Source: Podarcis filfolensis (Eukaryota). From it: a DNA stretch of 64,000 bases. Position numbers and translations under genes: made by a program. How positions within the stretch are numbered: the stretch's first letter is position 1; each line of letters opens with the position of its first letter. The notes below the pieces were generated by a model. The model ran no database searches, had not been told where the DNA came from, and saw nothing but the letters and a program-made list of their open reading frames with translations. Below are positions 44,601 through 58,400 of the stretch, in pieces. The stretch lies in NCBI GenBank assembly GCA_964270895.1, contig OZ185438.1. One strand, 5' to 3'.

Positions 44601-46407
44601 GGCAGTACAACCTGGGAGGACACAGAGGGTTACCTGCCATTCCTGGGCATCTATTTGCCCTCCAAGGTTGTGGGGGAAACCTGTTGGCATGAGCTGCCCC
44701 CTACCCATGGGTGCCCCTGTGAGGAGCCAAAGGGGGAGAAGAGCAGAATGAGGGCAATGAGGAGGGGGTCCGGGGGGGAGGCGTGGTCTCTCCGGCACGT
44801 GACTGAGCCATGTTGAGCTGAAGGGGGCAACTCACACCGGGACACTTTTTCGTATTTGGCACAAGTGATGCTTAAACTAAAGCAGCAACATAGCAATTTG
44901 CATCGAGGTTTGTGATCGAAGGTGCCGTCGCTGCCCTGCCCTCTGAATCCTAGCTCTGGGCCACTTTTCTGCACTTTCCCACGGCTGCAGAGCTCCCCTA
45001 CGCAGATCATTTTGTGGGTTCTGCCCTGCCTGGCGAAGGACGTGCGGCCCCTGAGGGGAGAAGCCTGAGGGAAAGGCTGCGCACCTGATACAGGGCCTGG
45101 GAGAAGACGGGAGGGTTGTCGTTGACGTCTTCCACCAGCACCGTGACATTGGCCTCCGTCTCGTGCTGAGAGTCCGAGGCGCGCACCGTCAGTGCATAGC
45201 GGCTGCGCTGCTCATAGTCCAGCGGCCCCAGCAGAGTGATGCGGCCCCCGTAGCGCAGGATGCTGAAGGTGCCAGCACTGCCACTGTCCAACACCAGCAT
45301 GTAGGAGAGCTGCGGCCCGCAGTCCACGTCGTTGCCCGTCACCATGGTGATCTCGGTGCCCAGCAGGGCGTCTGTGGAGTGGGGGGGAGGGGGTCAGAGC
45401 TGGGCCTGCCAGGGGCAAAGGCCACGCAGAGCTGTTTGGGGTTGCCCAGGGGAGCATGGCTTCTCCTCCCCATCTCGATGGAGGGCTCTGTGCCAGCACT
45501 AAGAGAAAGAAGCTCTGCATTTGCTCAGAGGTGCTCATGTCTTCAGGTTTTGCAAGTGTTTCCCAGGTGACACCCTCCGTGCCTGCTTTTGAGGGGAGCC
45601 GTGCTGAGAGAGCCCCGCTTTCCCACAGCGCCCCTCCCCCCAGCCAACCAAGGGGGGCTTCATGAGCCCTGTTCCATCTACTCACTCTCAGGCACCCGCA
45701 CCTCCCAGGGGGCAGGGATGGTGGGGCTGTTGTCGTTCACATCCATCACCAGCACTGTGAGGGTGGCAGAGCCCACCAGAGGAGGGTTCCCTCGGTCTGT
45801 TGCGGTCAGCACCAGGCTGTGGGTGGAGGGAAGCAGGAGCGTCTCAGGGACAAGGGGGCGCAGCTGGCGTCTGCCTGGGGAATGGGGGTCAGGGCCAAGG
45901 AGAAGCCCGCCTGGTGCCACAGGGTGCCCCTTCCCCTTTGGCAGCCTCCAGGAGGCCCCCACAGGCACCCCTGCTATTCCAGGGAGCGCATGGCGGGGGC
46001 AGAAGAGGGAACTGGCCTGGCCCAGTCACAGACCTACCTTTTTGGGGCCTGGAGCTTGAAATGTCACGGGGCCCCTTGGCCACCAGCAACGAGGTCTGGG
46101 CGAGCCCCGTTCTCTTCTTCAGTGACGGAACTGACACCTTTACAACATCTGTGCTACTGACTCTCGGACTTTGGTATTGTTGAAATATATACAACTTAGA
46201 CTCAAATCAATGCAGCTCAGATTGGGTCTACTAGACCCACAATTTTTAAACAACGTGGACTAAAGTTGCTTCTGGGTCCCTCTGGGATTCAGGGCCTGAA
46301 GCCGAAGCTTCATTAGTCTCACAGTAGATCTGTCCCTGCCCATCCCCCCATCCCCCCATCCCTGCCCTTTCTGTGGGAAACCCAGCCAGGTGGGCGGGGT
46401 ACAAATA

Positions 46408-46457
<50 letters not shown>

Positions 46458-49400
46458 TGGACTGGCTGCCTCTCCATGATTCAGTTCAGTTCAGTTCTGA
46501 GTTGCTTCCTGCGAGGAATCCCAAAGAGATTCACTGCACAGTAGAAACACATCTCTCAAAACAATTAAAAGCAATTACACAATTTAAACACCACCTCTCT
46601 CCCTCTTCCCAACGTCAGCACAGAGCCTCAGAGAGGATAAATGTCTCCCCACGGGCTCCTCGCGAGGCGCTCCATGGCTGGAAGCGGGGAGGCCGAAGGG
46701 CCGACTCACCGGGTCTGGGCCCAAATCTCCCTGTCCAGAATGGCCGCTGTCGTGATGGCGCCCGTCTGGCTGTTGATGCGATATAGGCCGTTCATGGGCA
46801 GCGTCTGGTTAATGGTGTACGTCACCTGCCCGTTGGGACCCTGGTCCAAGTCGTCTGCCACAACCTGCCGTGACAAGATGTGGAGAGTCCTGCCCCCGCT
46901 TGGACCTGGCCCACATGCCCCCAGCCCCCCCAGGACTCCCCCCCCCCCCCGGTGCTGCTCCTGAGGTTCGCCTGGAGCCCCGCCGAGGAGCCCGCCATCC
47001 CAGAGGACCCCTCCCCACCTGGATGACGGGGGAGTCATAGCCCTGGGCCTCCCAGATGAAGGCCACGTAGTTGGGCAGCCGGAAGCGCGGCCGGTTGTCG
47101 TTGACGTCCTGCAGGTTGACGTTCACAGCCATGAAGCCGAAGGAGGAGGCGGACTCTGCCTGCAGCACCAGGCGCAAGCGGGGGCTCAGCTCAAAGTCCA
47201 GGCTGCGGGGATTCTGCACCGACACCAGGCCTGCAGGGGCAGAAGGGGGAGATCAGCCGCCTGCGCCACACCCTCTCCATGCACGGAGGGTCCTGGGGAA
47301 GCCGTGTGGTGGGGGCCACCGTCTCCCTTGAAGGCAACTGGGGGGCTGCTTTGGTTGGCATGTGGGGCCCTCCTTTGCCATGGAGGCCGGTACTCTGAGT
47401 CCGGCAAGGGCAGCGAGAAAAGCTGGACCCAGATGGCCAGATCCAGGGGGAGAGAGGCCATCACGCCATGGAAGTGGCACCTGGAGCAGGACCACATCCA
47501 AGCCCATGGTGGAGGAGAAGGGGAGCCGGGAGGGAGGGAGGCGGCCCCCACAAAGCCTTCGGCTCTCGCCTCCTCCAGGACAAAGCAGGCTTCCAAGGGG
47601 GCCTTTTGACCCAGAGATGAAGCCGCCTGAGAACGCCGTGGCCCAAGGCCTCTCCTCGCGCCCCAGGGGGCCTGTCTGGCCCTGCCCTCGAGGGCCCCTC
47701 CGTACCTGAGCTGGGCTGGATGCGGAAAGCGCCCTTCTCATTGCCACTGACGATGCTGTAGGTGATGCGGCCTGAGGAGCCGGCTGTGTGGGTGGCTGGG
47801 GTGCTCAGCACCGTGGTGCCTGGATTGGGAGGCAGCCGGGGGGGGGGGCAGGCCTTTAGAAAAAGAACATCCACTTCCAGAAGGAAACCTGCTTTGCTGT
47901 TAGTGGAAGATTCAGGACAGATACCAGCAAGCACTTCTTCATGCAGCACAGAGCTAAACCACGGAACTCCCTCCCACAAGAGGCAGGGGTGGCCACCAAC
48001 TCGGATGGCCGTGAAAGAGGTTTAGGCCAATCCATGGAGGGGGAGGGGGCTCCCGAGGCCCACTAGCCAGGATGCCTGTGCTCTGGTCCTGCTTGTGGGT
48101 TTCCTAAATAGTTATTAATATTAATATTCAACCCTTTATCAAAAGATCCCCGGGTGGTGTGCAACATTAAGGACACATTTTATGGGCAACAGGATGCCAG
48201 ACTCTGAGGCTTCTTATGCTCCCTTCTTAAAATCCTCTGGGACACACACGCAGTGGCCTTGGTGCTCCCACTTGTGGGCTGGGGACAGACCAGGCAGCCC
48301 CCTCCCCTTCTGCTCCAGACTAGCCAGCCAGAGCCAGCCCTTGCCCATACCTGTCGCGGCGTTCTCTGGCAGCGTCACGTCGCTGGTGCTGCGGGGGAAG
48401 CGGACCCCCCGGAAGCCCTCGTCTTGCAGGTGGATGACCACCACTCCGATGGAGGAGAGCGGGGGCTCCCCCAGGTCGCTGGCCAGGACGAAGACGGTGC
48501 GCTGGCGCTGGGTGAGGGTGCCCAGGGGCTGCAGCAGCTGGATGGCGCCTGTGTAGGTGTTGATGGCAAAGGCGGGGCTGGGGGCGGCCAGGCGGTAGAG
48601 GAGGGAGGCGTTGGCGCCCGCGTCGTGGTCCTCAGCCCGCAGCGTGGCCACCACCCGCTTGGCGGGCGTGTTGCGGGGCAGCGTGACAGAAAGTGGGCTG
48701 AGCGGAAAGGCCGGGATGTGGTCGTTGACGTCCTGGACGCTGACCGTGACCTGCACGGAAGCACTGCGGGGGCTCAGCGGGGACGAGTCCACGGCCACGG
48801 CCACGAAGCGGAAGGAGTCTCGCTGCTCCCGGTCCAGGGGCTGCGTGGTGGTGAGGCGGCCTGTCTGAGGCTCCACCTGGAAGGTGCCCAGCGACTCGTT
48901 GGCCAGGAAGTAGGAGACGCGTCCATTGGGCCCCTCGTCCGGGTCCTGGGCCTCCAGCTGCAGCACCAGCGCCCCCACGGGCAAGTCCTCTGGCACCTCG
49001 GCCATGTAGCTTTCCTGGGCAAAGCGAGGGGCGTTGTCGTTCAGATCCAGCACCTGCACGTGGAGGGCCAGGCTGGCGCAGCGTGGGGGGGAGCCGTGGT
49101 CACAGGCCTGGACGGTCAGGGCGTAGCTGGCCACACGCTCCCGGTCCAGGCCTCGTGCTGTGGACAGCTGGCCGGAGACGGGGTTCAAGGCGAAGTCTTC
49201 TTCAGAGTCTCCAGCTGAAGGGAGGAGCAGGAGGAGGGTGAAGCTTTCCTGGACTGGCACATGACTGCCCAAACTACCCCTCATGCTGGTTTCTCAGCTG
49301 CCCATGTGTCAATCCTCCCCTGCCTGAAGACTGCCTTACCCACTTCATGGAATTGACAGTACAGGCATCCCATAATCCCCTTTCTTAGTCTGGAACTCCT

Positions 49401-52400
49401 TGCCTACTGGTATCCAACAGGCAGCTTCCCTATATTCCTTCTGACATTTTATCTGCCTTAGTGTTTTAACTTTTTGTAGGCTTTAAAGCATCGCTGCAAA
49501 TTTTTCTTTATTTTCTTCTTTCATCTTTTTGTAAACTACTTTGAGGTTGTTTTCTCACAATTGAACAATGTATAAATTTTAATGTAATGAATAAATAAAT
49601 AAAATCTCCAAGGCTTAATATGGCTCCAAAGTGGGAAATGGAGGCTGCATGGACCCATTCTGAAATGAAGGGGGACCAGGAGAAGGAGCCCCTGGTGGGG
49701 TGGGAAACCCTCCCTTCTGCCCTCCCCTGCCTTTGGCACTGCATCACCCCAAGCAGGGAGTCTCCCTCCCTCCCTCCCTCCCTCCCTCACCTGCCAGGCG
49801 GTAGGTGAGGCGCCCGTTCTCCCCTGCATCGTGATCCGTGGCCCGCACGGTGGTCAGCTCCACCTGGCTCTGGTTCTCTGGGACCTCCAGGGAAGAGGCC
49901 TCCGCCTGGAAGGTGGGCGCGTGGTCGTTGTCATCTGCCACCAGGATGCGAACCGTGGCCTTGGCCTGGCGAGGGGGCAGCCCCTTATCCCGTGCGTACA
50001 CTGTGGGGAGGGGGAGCAGGCTGTGAGCCATAGAGACAGCAGGGGGAAGACTCCTGGGGGGGCATGGGGAGCAAGGGGGCTGCCAGGACTGGGAGGGGCA
50101 CAGCAGCTAAACCTGGCCCTCTGTGTGCATTGAAAGGGCTTCTGGGAGCCCCTTCAGCTCCTTCTATTTGCCAGGTGCGGATTAACTCACTGTGACAGAG
50201 AAACCTCAGGACAGCAAAGCAGAAACACACAGAGGCAGCGAAAACAAGCAGAGCAGACGAAAGGACAAATTCAATACAGTGCCAATTGATGTCAGTTTGT
50301 AGTGGGATACAAATTTAATACAGTGGTACCTCGCAAGACGAATGCCTCGTAAGATGAAAAACTCGCAAGACGAAAGAGTTTTTCATTTTTTGAGTTGCTT
50401 CGCAAGACGAATTTCCCTATGGGCTTGCTTCGCAAGATGAAAACGTCTTGCAAGTTTGTTTCCTTTCCCTTAAAACCGTTAATACCCAGGGTGCATTGCT
50501 TGAAGAGGTGCAGTTGCGACTTGACTTCGAGGAGCAACTCATAGCACGCGGTGTGAGGTTTTTGAAGACTTTGGTGATTTTTGAAGCTTTTCCAAAACTT
50601 CTTTTGCAGCCATTTGGTAAGTTAAACTTTTAAAACTTTTTGGGGGGTTTTTGGATTTTGGGTTGGGGTGTTTTCTAGGAGGTTTGGTGCTTTTGAATTT
50701 TTTGGATGTGAAGCACTGATTTTTTTTGGGGGGGGGGGTTGCGAAGGTAGGAGCTGTGCTGCCATGGGGCCCAAGAAGACTGCTGCTGCAGAGGCCGGCG
50801 AGAGGAAGAAGGAGAAGGTTACGCTGGAAATGAAGAAGGAGATCATCCGGAAGCACGATGGTGGAATGCGTGTGACAGACCTTGCCAGGGAGTACAGGAG
50901 GAATCCATCGACCATCGGGACCATCCTGAAGATGAGGGAGAAGATCCTTGCGACTGATGTAGCCAAGGGAGTCACCAGGATCGTGAAGAACCGCCCAGCT
51001 GTTCTGGAGGAGGTGGAGAAGTTGCTGCTCATCTGGTTAGAAGAGAAGCGGTGTGCAGGGGACACAGTGACTGAGGCCGTCATTTGTGAGAAGGCCAAGG
51101 CCTTGCACGCAGACCTCGTCCGGCAACAGCCAGGAACCTCAGGCGAGCCAGAAGTCTTCAAGGCAAGCAGAGGTTGGTTTGACCGGTTCAAGACGAGATC
51201 TGGAATCCACAGCGTGGTCAGGCATGGAGAGGCTGCCAGTTCTGACGTTCCTGCGGCTGAAGACTTTGCAGCGGAGTTCCTGGAGGTTGTGACGACGGAG
51301 GTCTACGTTCCACAGCGGCTGTCCTCCAAAGAACTGAGGGACATTTGCCAGAAGTGGAAAGATGCGCAGGCTTTTGCACAGCGGCACCACCCTGACAAGG
51401 ACCTGACACGTGACCTTGCGAACACTTTTGATACGAGGGTCATGTCGTCTTTCAGGGAGGTGCTGAAAAGGTGGATGAAGCAGCAGACCATGGACAGGTT
51501 CTTCAGCAAGAAGCAAAGAGTGGAAGAGGAACCTTCTTTGAGTTGTCCCCCAGAGTCTTAGAAAATGTATGTACAGTACTGTACACTTTGGTGATTTTTA
51601 AACTTTTTTTGACCATAGGAACGCATTAATTGATTTTCAATGCATTCCTATAGGAATCGTGCTTCGCAAGACGAAAAATTCGCAAGACGAAAAAACTCGC
51701 AGAACAAATTAATTTCGTCTTGCGAGGTACCACTGTAAGCACTTTAAAAAACTGACTCAGATTTTAAAACACTTGAAAGGAACCTGAGCAGGTCCCACTA
51801 CAGGAGTACCAAGAAATGCCCCTTTGCCCAAATGCTGCATCCGGGGCTGGCCTGTCCTTGTGTGCTCTCTGAGGCCGAAGGTGCCTGAGTCTGTCTTGGA
51901 AATAGAAGGAGCCGCTGGCCTGTGGGCCTCAGAAGAGACCCCCCCCCCGAGGACCCCCTCCCCCACCTTACCTGTCAGCAAGTGCTCTGCATGCTCCTCG
52001 TGGTCTAGGGAGCGCCGGGTGCTGATCAGACCCGTGTGGGGGTCGATGGAGAATTCGTCCCCAGAGATGCCGCCGTAGGACACCTGCCCATTGGATCCTG
52101 GCGAGATACGCAAGGGAGGCTGAGCATGGGCCCTACTCTTCCCCCACATTGTCCTCCGCACAAGCGCAGCCCCACAGGCGCAAAGGCCCCTCTTCCACAC
52201 CCTCCCAACCACACTCGGCTGACCCCCCTCACAGCCCCACTGCTCCCCCCCCCAGGCAAAGCCAGAGTGTTAGCAGGGCAGGGGCTGGGGGGCCAGCTGT
52301 GGCAGCTGCCAGAAGTTGGCATGTTTAACCTGGGCTTCAGAAGCCTTTCAAGACCAGCCTGACATAGAACCACAGACGCCACTTTCATACCAAGGAGCAC

Positions 52401-55400
52401 ACAATGTCTCTGCCGCATGGGAGCTGCTGCTGCTCTGAAGCTGGGGAGTGGGCAGGGCTGAAGCAAGAGGCAGCCAAAGGCAGGCGCCAGCTAGGCCGGG
52501 GCACCTGCGCTTGCACAGAGTGGTGGCCAACCCAACACCAAATGCTGCTCTTGCCACCCGCTGGCCATTCTGGCCATTTGGTCGGGTTGATCTGCTGGGC
52601 TGAAGCCATCTTGGCTAGGGCCTGCCTCCTCTGTGGTCTCTCTTGCACTTGCACCCTCCTTTTGCTCCAAGGATTATCACCCTTTAATTCTAGCCACCCT
52701 CTTGTGAGGGAGGTTAGGCTGAGATGTCCTGACCAGCTGGCCAACCGTCTCCATGAGCCAAGTCCAACCTTTCCTCCCCTGGCCCACCCCGGTGCCCTCA
52801 GCCCAGGCTGGCAGAGGTTCTCCACCCACTGATGCCCATGAGTTCAGAGGTCTCCAGTTTCAAAGACAGCGGGTGGCCTTTGGCACAATATGCACAGTGC
52901 CGGGCCCAAGGAGGACACAATGAGCCCCCATGGAAAGGGGGCTTGTGCTCTCTGGGTGACCCCATTGTCTGGCCAGACACTCCTCCCCACCCCTTCCGCT
53001 TCTGGGTGGATGACCCTGCAAATGACCACAGGCCGAGGGTCAGGCTCTTACCCAGGTCGGGGTCGGTGGCGTGCAGCTGCAGCACGGGGACACCAGGGGG
53101 CAGGTTTTCTGCCACACTGGCTTCGTAGCTGTTTCTCTCAAAGGCAGGCGCCTGGTCGTTCACATCCAGCACATGCACAAGCAGGAGTTGCGTGGCAGAG
53201 CGCCGTGGCAACCCGTGGTCCGTGGCTACCACTGTCAAGTTATGCTGGGACACTTCCTCCCGGTCCAGCGTCCTCACGATGGATAGCGCGCCTGGGAGGA
53301 GAGCAGGAGGCCAACATTTGAGATGGAGATGGGGCATGAAGGCATTTTGCATCAAGACCTGCAAAAGGGGGTTGCAGGGATCTCATGGTTCTGGGAATCA
53401 ACTCAGAACTCATTGTCATGGGCTGGAGCAAGACTCTGCTCTCAGATTTCTGGCCAGAGTTACTCCAGCTGGAAATGTATTTCTCCACCTGCAAGCAGCG
53501 CAAGGAGGAGTTTCATCTTTTTATGTAAAAAAGTGTTCTTCTGCAAAAGTCCAATTCAGAGAAGGAAAAGAATAAAGCAGCTGTTATCCAGAAACCCTTG
53601 TCAACAATCACTGAAAAGGTAAACCTCAGGAGGATGTCAGTAGCATTTTAGAACAACCAAAAGATGGAATTTCCCCCTCTCTTTTCTGCCAGAACCCTCA
53701 TAAGGAGCTGTTGCCCCAAAGGGTTAGCCACCCCCCCAGCCAAGCACAAGGTGCAGAGTCTCAGACTTCTGCTCCTGGGGAGGTATTACAACACAGGACT
53801 TCAGAAGGGCTCTCACCAACCACCCATTTCACACTAGAGCAGGGGACAGCAACCCTTTTCAGCCGTGGGCTGCTCCACCGTCCCTCAGACCATGTGGGGG
53901 GGGCGGACTATATTTGGTGGGGGGGATGAACAAATTCCTATGCTCCAGATAACCCAGAGATGCATTTTAAATACAAAGCACACATTCTACTCATGTAAAA
54001 ACACGCGGATTCCCAGAAGGTCCGCAGACTGGATTGAGAAGGTGACTGGGATGCATCTGGCCCCCAGGCCTTAGGTTGCCTACCCCTGCACTAGAGGGTC
54101 TTAGACCTAAAGTTTGGGGTGATTTGTTTTATCTTTCTTTCCCAGACTTGTGCTTTTGCTCCTGGTGACATACCAGGTCCTTTGTACATGCCTAGGGGCG
54201 GGGGCACTGCGCACAGGCCACATCTCGGAAAGACAGACAGACCATTTATTGGTGGCATATTGCAAGACGGCCCCACAGGACAGGGAGGAGGGACTGCTGC
54301 CGCCACCAGCCAATCAGCAGAGCGCACAGCCAAAATAGCAGGGTGTGCAAAAGGCGGGAGAACACAGGCTCGCCTCACCTGCAGAAAAATCTCGTGGGGG
54401 GAGGACTGCTCATATAACTGAAGGACATCCCTTACATCCTGATGCAGTGCTCTTTCCCAGCTCCTGGGAATGCATGGTGGGATCCTGCATACACAGACTA
54501 CAAATCCCTGCATGGTGGCCTGGTACCTCCCTCTGCCTCACCTGTGTTGGGGTTGAGGTGGAATCGCCCGTCCAGGTTCCCTGCGCGCAGCGCATAGCTG
54601 ACCCTCCCGTTCTCACCCAGGTCCCGATCCCTGGCCACCACCTGGAGCACCAGGAAGCCCGTGGGCTGGTCCTCAGGGATGTCAATTCTCGAGGGGGAGC
54701 AGAACTCAGGCCCGTTGTCGTTCTCGTCCGTGACAAAGATGTGGGCAGTGACGGCCGCCGAGTGGCGCTGGCTGGCGTTGAGCGCCTGGTCCGTGGCCTG
54801 GACCACCAGCAGGTAGGCCGACTGAGTCTCGCGGTCCAGCGCCCCCTGCAGGCTCAGCTCCCCGCTGCGCGCATCCAGCTGGAAGGGGGCCGGGGGGGCC
54901 TCCTGGCGCAAGAGGCTGTAGCGCAGTTGGCTGTTGGGCCCCGGGCCGTCCCCGTCCAGCGCCTGGAAGGTGAAGAGGGACGTGCCGGGGGTGGCCCCCT
55001 CAGACACCACCACAGTGACGGGGTCCTGGGGCCACGTGGGAACGTGGTCATTGCTGTCCTGCACGTGGATCTCCACCAAGACCAGGCGCTGGCTGGGGTA
55101 GCCCTGAAGGACGTCTTCCATGCTGACTTGCAGGCTGTGCTTCATCCCGGCTTCGTAGTCCAGCTCCTGGGCCACGTAGATGTCCCCCGTGCCTGGGTCC
55201 ACCACAAAGAGGCCGTCCCCGCTGCTGCCCCCCACCAGCATGTAGGTCACTTGCCCGGGTGCAGGCGGCTCTGGGGGGGCCACACAGCCAATGAGAGAGC
55301 CCGGCTGCAGGCCCTCCATGGGGTGAAAGGTCAGCACCGTAGTGTCGGGACGGGGCAGCAGGCGGGCTGTGGACACCACCTGCAGAGGGAGGGGAGAGGT

Positions 55401-58400
55401 TAGGAAGGGGCCTGGGGGTATTTGGGGCAGGCCCAGCCCCACACCCGAGGCAAAAGAGGGCTCCTACTTGGATGCGCACGGCTGCTGTTGTGCTCTGGGG
55501 GGCAGCACCTCGGTCGCTTGCTGTCACCGTGAAAGCGTACTCGCCCCGGTCTGCTTGGCGCAGCCGCGTGGCTGTCCGCAGTTCCCCGGTGGCCACGTGC
55601 AGGGAGAAGCGCTCTGCCCAGGCACCTGCAGGGAGACAGAGAGAGAAGCGCTGGGGGGGGGCAGCCAAGGGGAGGCCCAGGAAACCCTCCGGGAGAAGGA
55701 GTGGAGGCCTGAAACCTCTGGGCAGAGTGGGGCCTCCCAGGAGCCCAGCCCAGGGGGACCTGTTTACCTGACAGCGAGTAGAAGACAGTGCCGTTCTCTG
55801 CCTCGTCCGGGTCTTTGGCCCTCAGCGAAGCCACCAGCAGGCCAGCCGGCTTCTCCTCCAGAACCTGAGAGGGTACAGCAGAGGAGTGGGGGGAGATGGA
55901 GTTGGCAGCCATTTCCTGGACACGCAAAGGGTGATGCCACCTCCCTGCTCCATGATCCTACCCCTCGGCCCTGGCCTTCCTGCTGCCCTTTCTGAGGAAC
56001 TGCCAGTGCCCCCAAGAGGTCCTTCCTTGCCCCCTGGATCCCTCGCCCACCTGGAGGAGGAGTTCACGGCCCTCGGCCACGTGCAGGAAGGTGGGCGCAT
56101 TGTCGTTCTCATCCAGGACAGTGACGTAGACGGTGCCAGTGGTGCTGCGGGGTGGCGTCCCCCCGTCCTGAACCACGACCTGGAGCTGGTAGCTGGCCTG
56201 CTGCTCCCGGTCCAAGCTCCTCCGAAGGCTCAGCTCCCCTGGAGGATGAGGAGAAGAGGCGCTCAGTGCAGGTGAGACACCCAGCTGCTCCCTCCCCGGC
56301 TCCCCCACGAGAGCCCCTGCTGAGAAGGGCCTCCCACTCCCGCTCTGCTCCCTCACCAGTCTGGGTGTGGACCAGGAAGTTCCCCTCGGGCGGCACCAGG
56401 CGGTAGGCCAGGCGGCTGTTCTGTCCCGCGTCCCGGTCGCTGGCCGTCACCCGGCCCACGCTGCTGCCGGCCGGCCTGTTCTCGGCCACAGTGAAGAAGT
56501 AGCGCTCCTCGCTCAGGCGGGGGCTGTTGTCATTCTCATCTGTGACAGTGATGCGCACGGTGCTGGTGCCCGTTTGGCGACCCTCGCCCTCCCCGGCCAC
56601 CGCCAGCACCGTCAGCACGTACAGCTCCTGCACCTCCCGGTCGAGGGAGCTGCGCACGTACAGCCAGCCAGTGTCTGGAGCGATGCCAAAGCTGGACGCA
56701 TCCCCCTCGGCCCGCAGGTGGTAGGCCAAGGGGGCGCTGGGCTCCCGGGCCAGGGCTCGCACCTGCAGGAAGCGGGTGCTCACGGGCACGCCCTCGCGCA
56801 CCTCCACGCGGTAGGTGAGTGTGTCAAAGATGGGGCCGTGCTCATCGGCCGCCTGCAGGTGAACCAAGAGGGTGAAGGTGGCACTGAGCCGGGGGACCCC
56901 GCCGTCCTGCGCCAGGATGACCAGTCTGTAGGGGGCGCTGGTCTCCCGCTGCAGGGCCCCCGCGAGGCGCACCTTCCCGGAGAAGTGCTCCACGGTGAAG
57001 GCGCTGGCCCCTCCTGAGGCCAGTTCAAAGCGCACCTGCCCGTTCGCTCCGCTGTCACGGTCCTCCGCCTGCACTGTGTAGACCACCGTGCCCAGGGCAG
57101 CCCCCTCAGGTAGCAGCACTGAGTCAGAGGGGGCCGGGAAGGCGGGTGCATTGTCGTTCACGTCTGTGATGCTGATCTGCACCCGAGCGCTGCTGTAGGC
57201 GGGAGGGGAGCCGCTGCGGGCTTGGACCTCGAGGAGGAGGAGAGGCTGGGCCTCGTGGTCCAGGGGCAGGCTGGTGTGCAGCTCCCCCGATTCTGGGTCC
57301 ACCGAGAAGTACCCGTGGGGGTCCCCCGAGGAGATGGAGTAGAACACATTGTCCAAGTGGCCTGGAGGCAAGAACAGAGGGGGGGAGTGGAGACCTGCTC
57401 GAGTGGGAAACAGCCCCCCTGGCCCCCCAAATAGAGATGTACTTAGGACACAGGAACTCTTCTATTGAGCTCCTGCCACTCTCTGCATTTATTGTAGGGG
57501 TGTGGGACCTGTTTGGATCGATGGTGCAGATCCTGATCAGCAATAGCCTTGCAAGCCAAATCTGACAGGTAGACAGCATGTGGTGTCACTTGACTGACAG
57601 TTGGGCAGCCCCTCCCACCTCTGAAAGCCTATTGCACAGGGTTGCTAAGCGCCTGACAGCCAGCTGCCTGACTATTAAGAACTTGGGGACCTGTAACAGC
57701 TTTGGCCCAAATGGCTTAGGATAGCCCTGCTCTCCCCCATGAGTGTCATACTTGAATGGGGGGGGGGGAGATGCATCTGAAAGCCCTTTGCAAAAGCACT
57801 CATTGAAGCAGCAGCACCCTCCTCTTAATATGGTTTAAGAGACATCTAAAGCCCTTTGCAAAATCACTCTTTGAAGCAGCCTCCCCCATAATTTAAACAT
57901 CACTCAAGCACTGGACTCTCCTAAAGCACCTCACAAAAGTGTCCTTTCAGGAAGTGCTTCGTGGGAGGCTGCTTCAAAGAGCGTTTTTGGCCAGGTGCTT
58001 TAAGACAGACCCTGTGCACCCATCTGAGTGGCTAAAACGGAGCGCAGGGACCATCTTCAGGGGTTTTCCAAAAGGCTTCTTTGAAACAGCTCTGCACTTC
58101 TCTTTTAAGAGAGCAGGTGGGAGAGGGCAGGCAGCGAGAAGTCTCACCCATCCGCTGTTGTTGCCTGTGCTGCCAGCTGGGCATGGTTATAGGGCCAAAA
58201 TGGGACCCTGATGGGCAAAGACTGGCTCCCTGCCCCGTTTTACAGGCTCCCTATGCCTACCTGCTGGGTTGTGGGCATAGACGACCCCAACGCTGCTGCC
58301 CGGCCGGGTGTCTTCTGGGACCGTGAAGTAGTACTGGGTGCGCTCAAAGCTGGGCGGGGAGATGGTGCCGGCCACAATGCTGATGTTGACCTGAGCTCTG

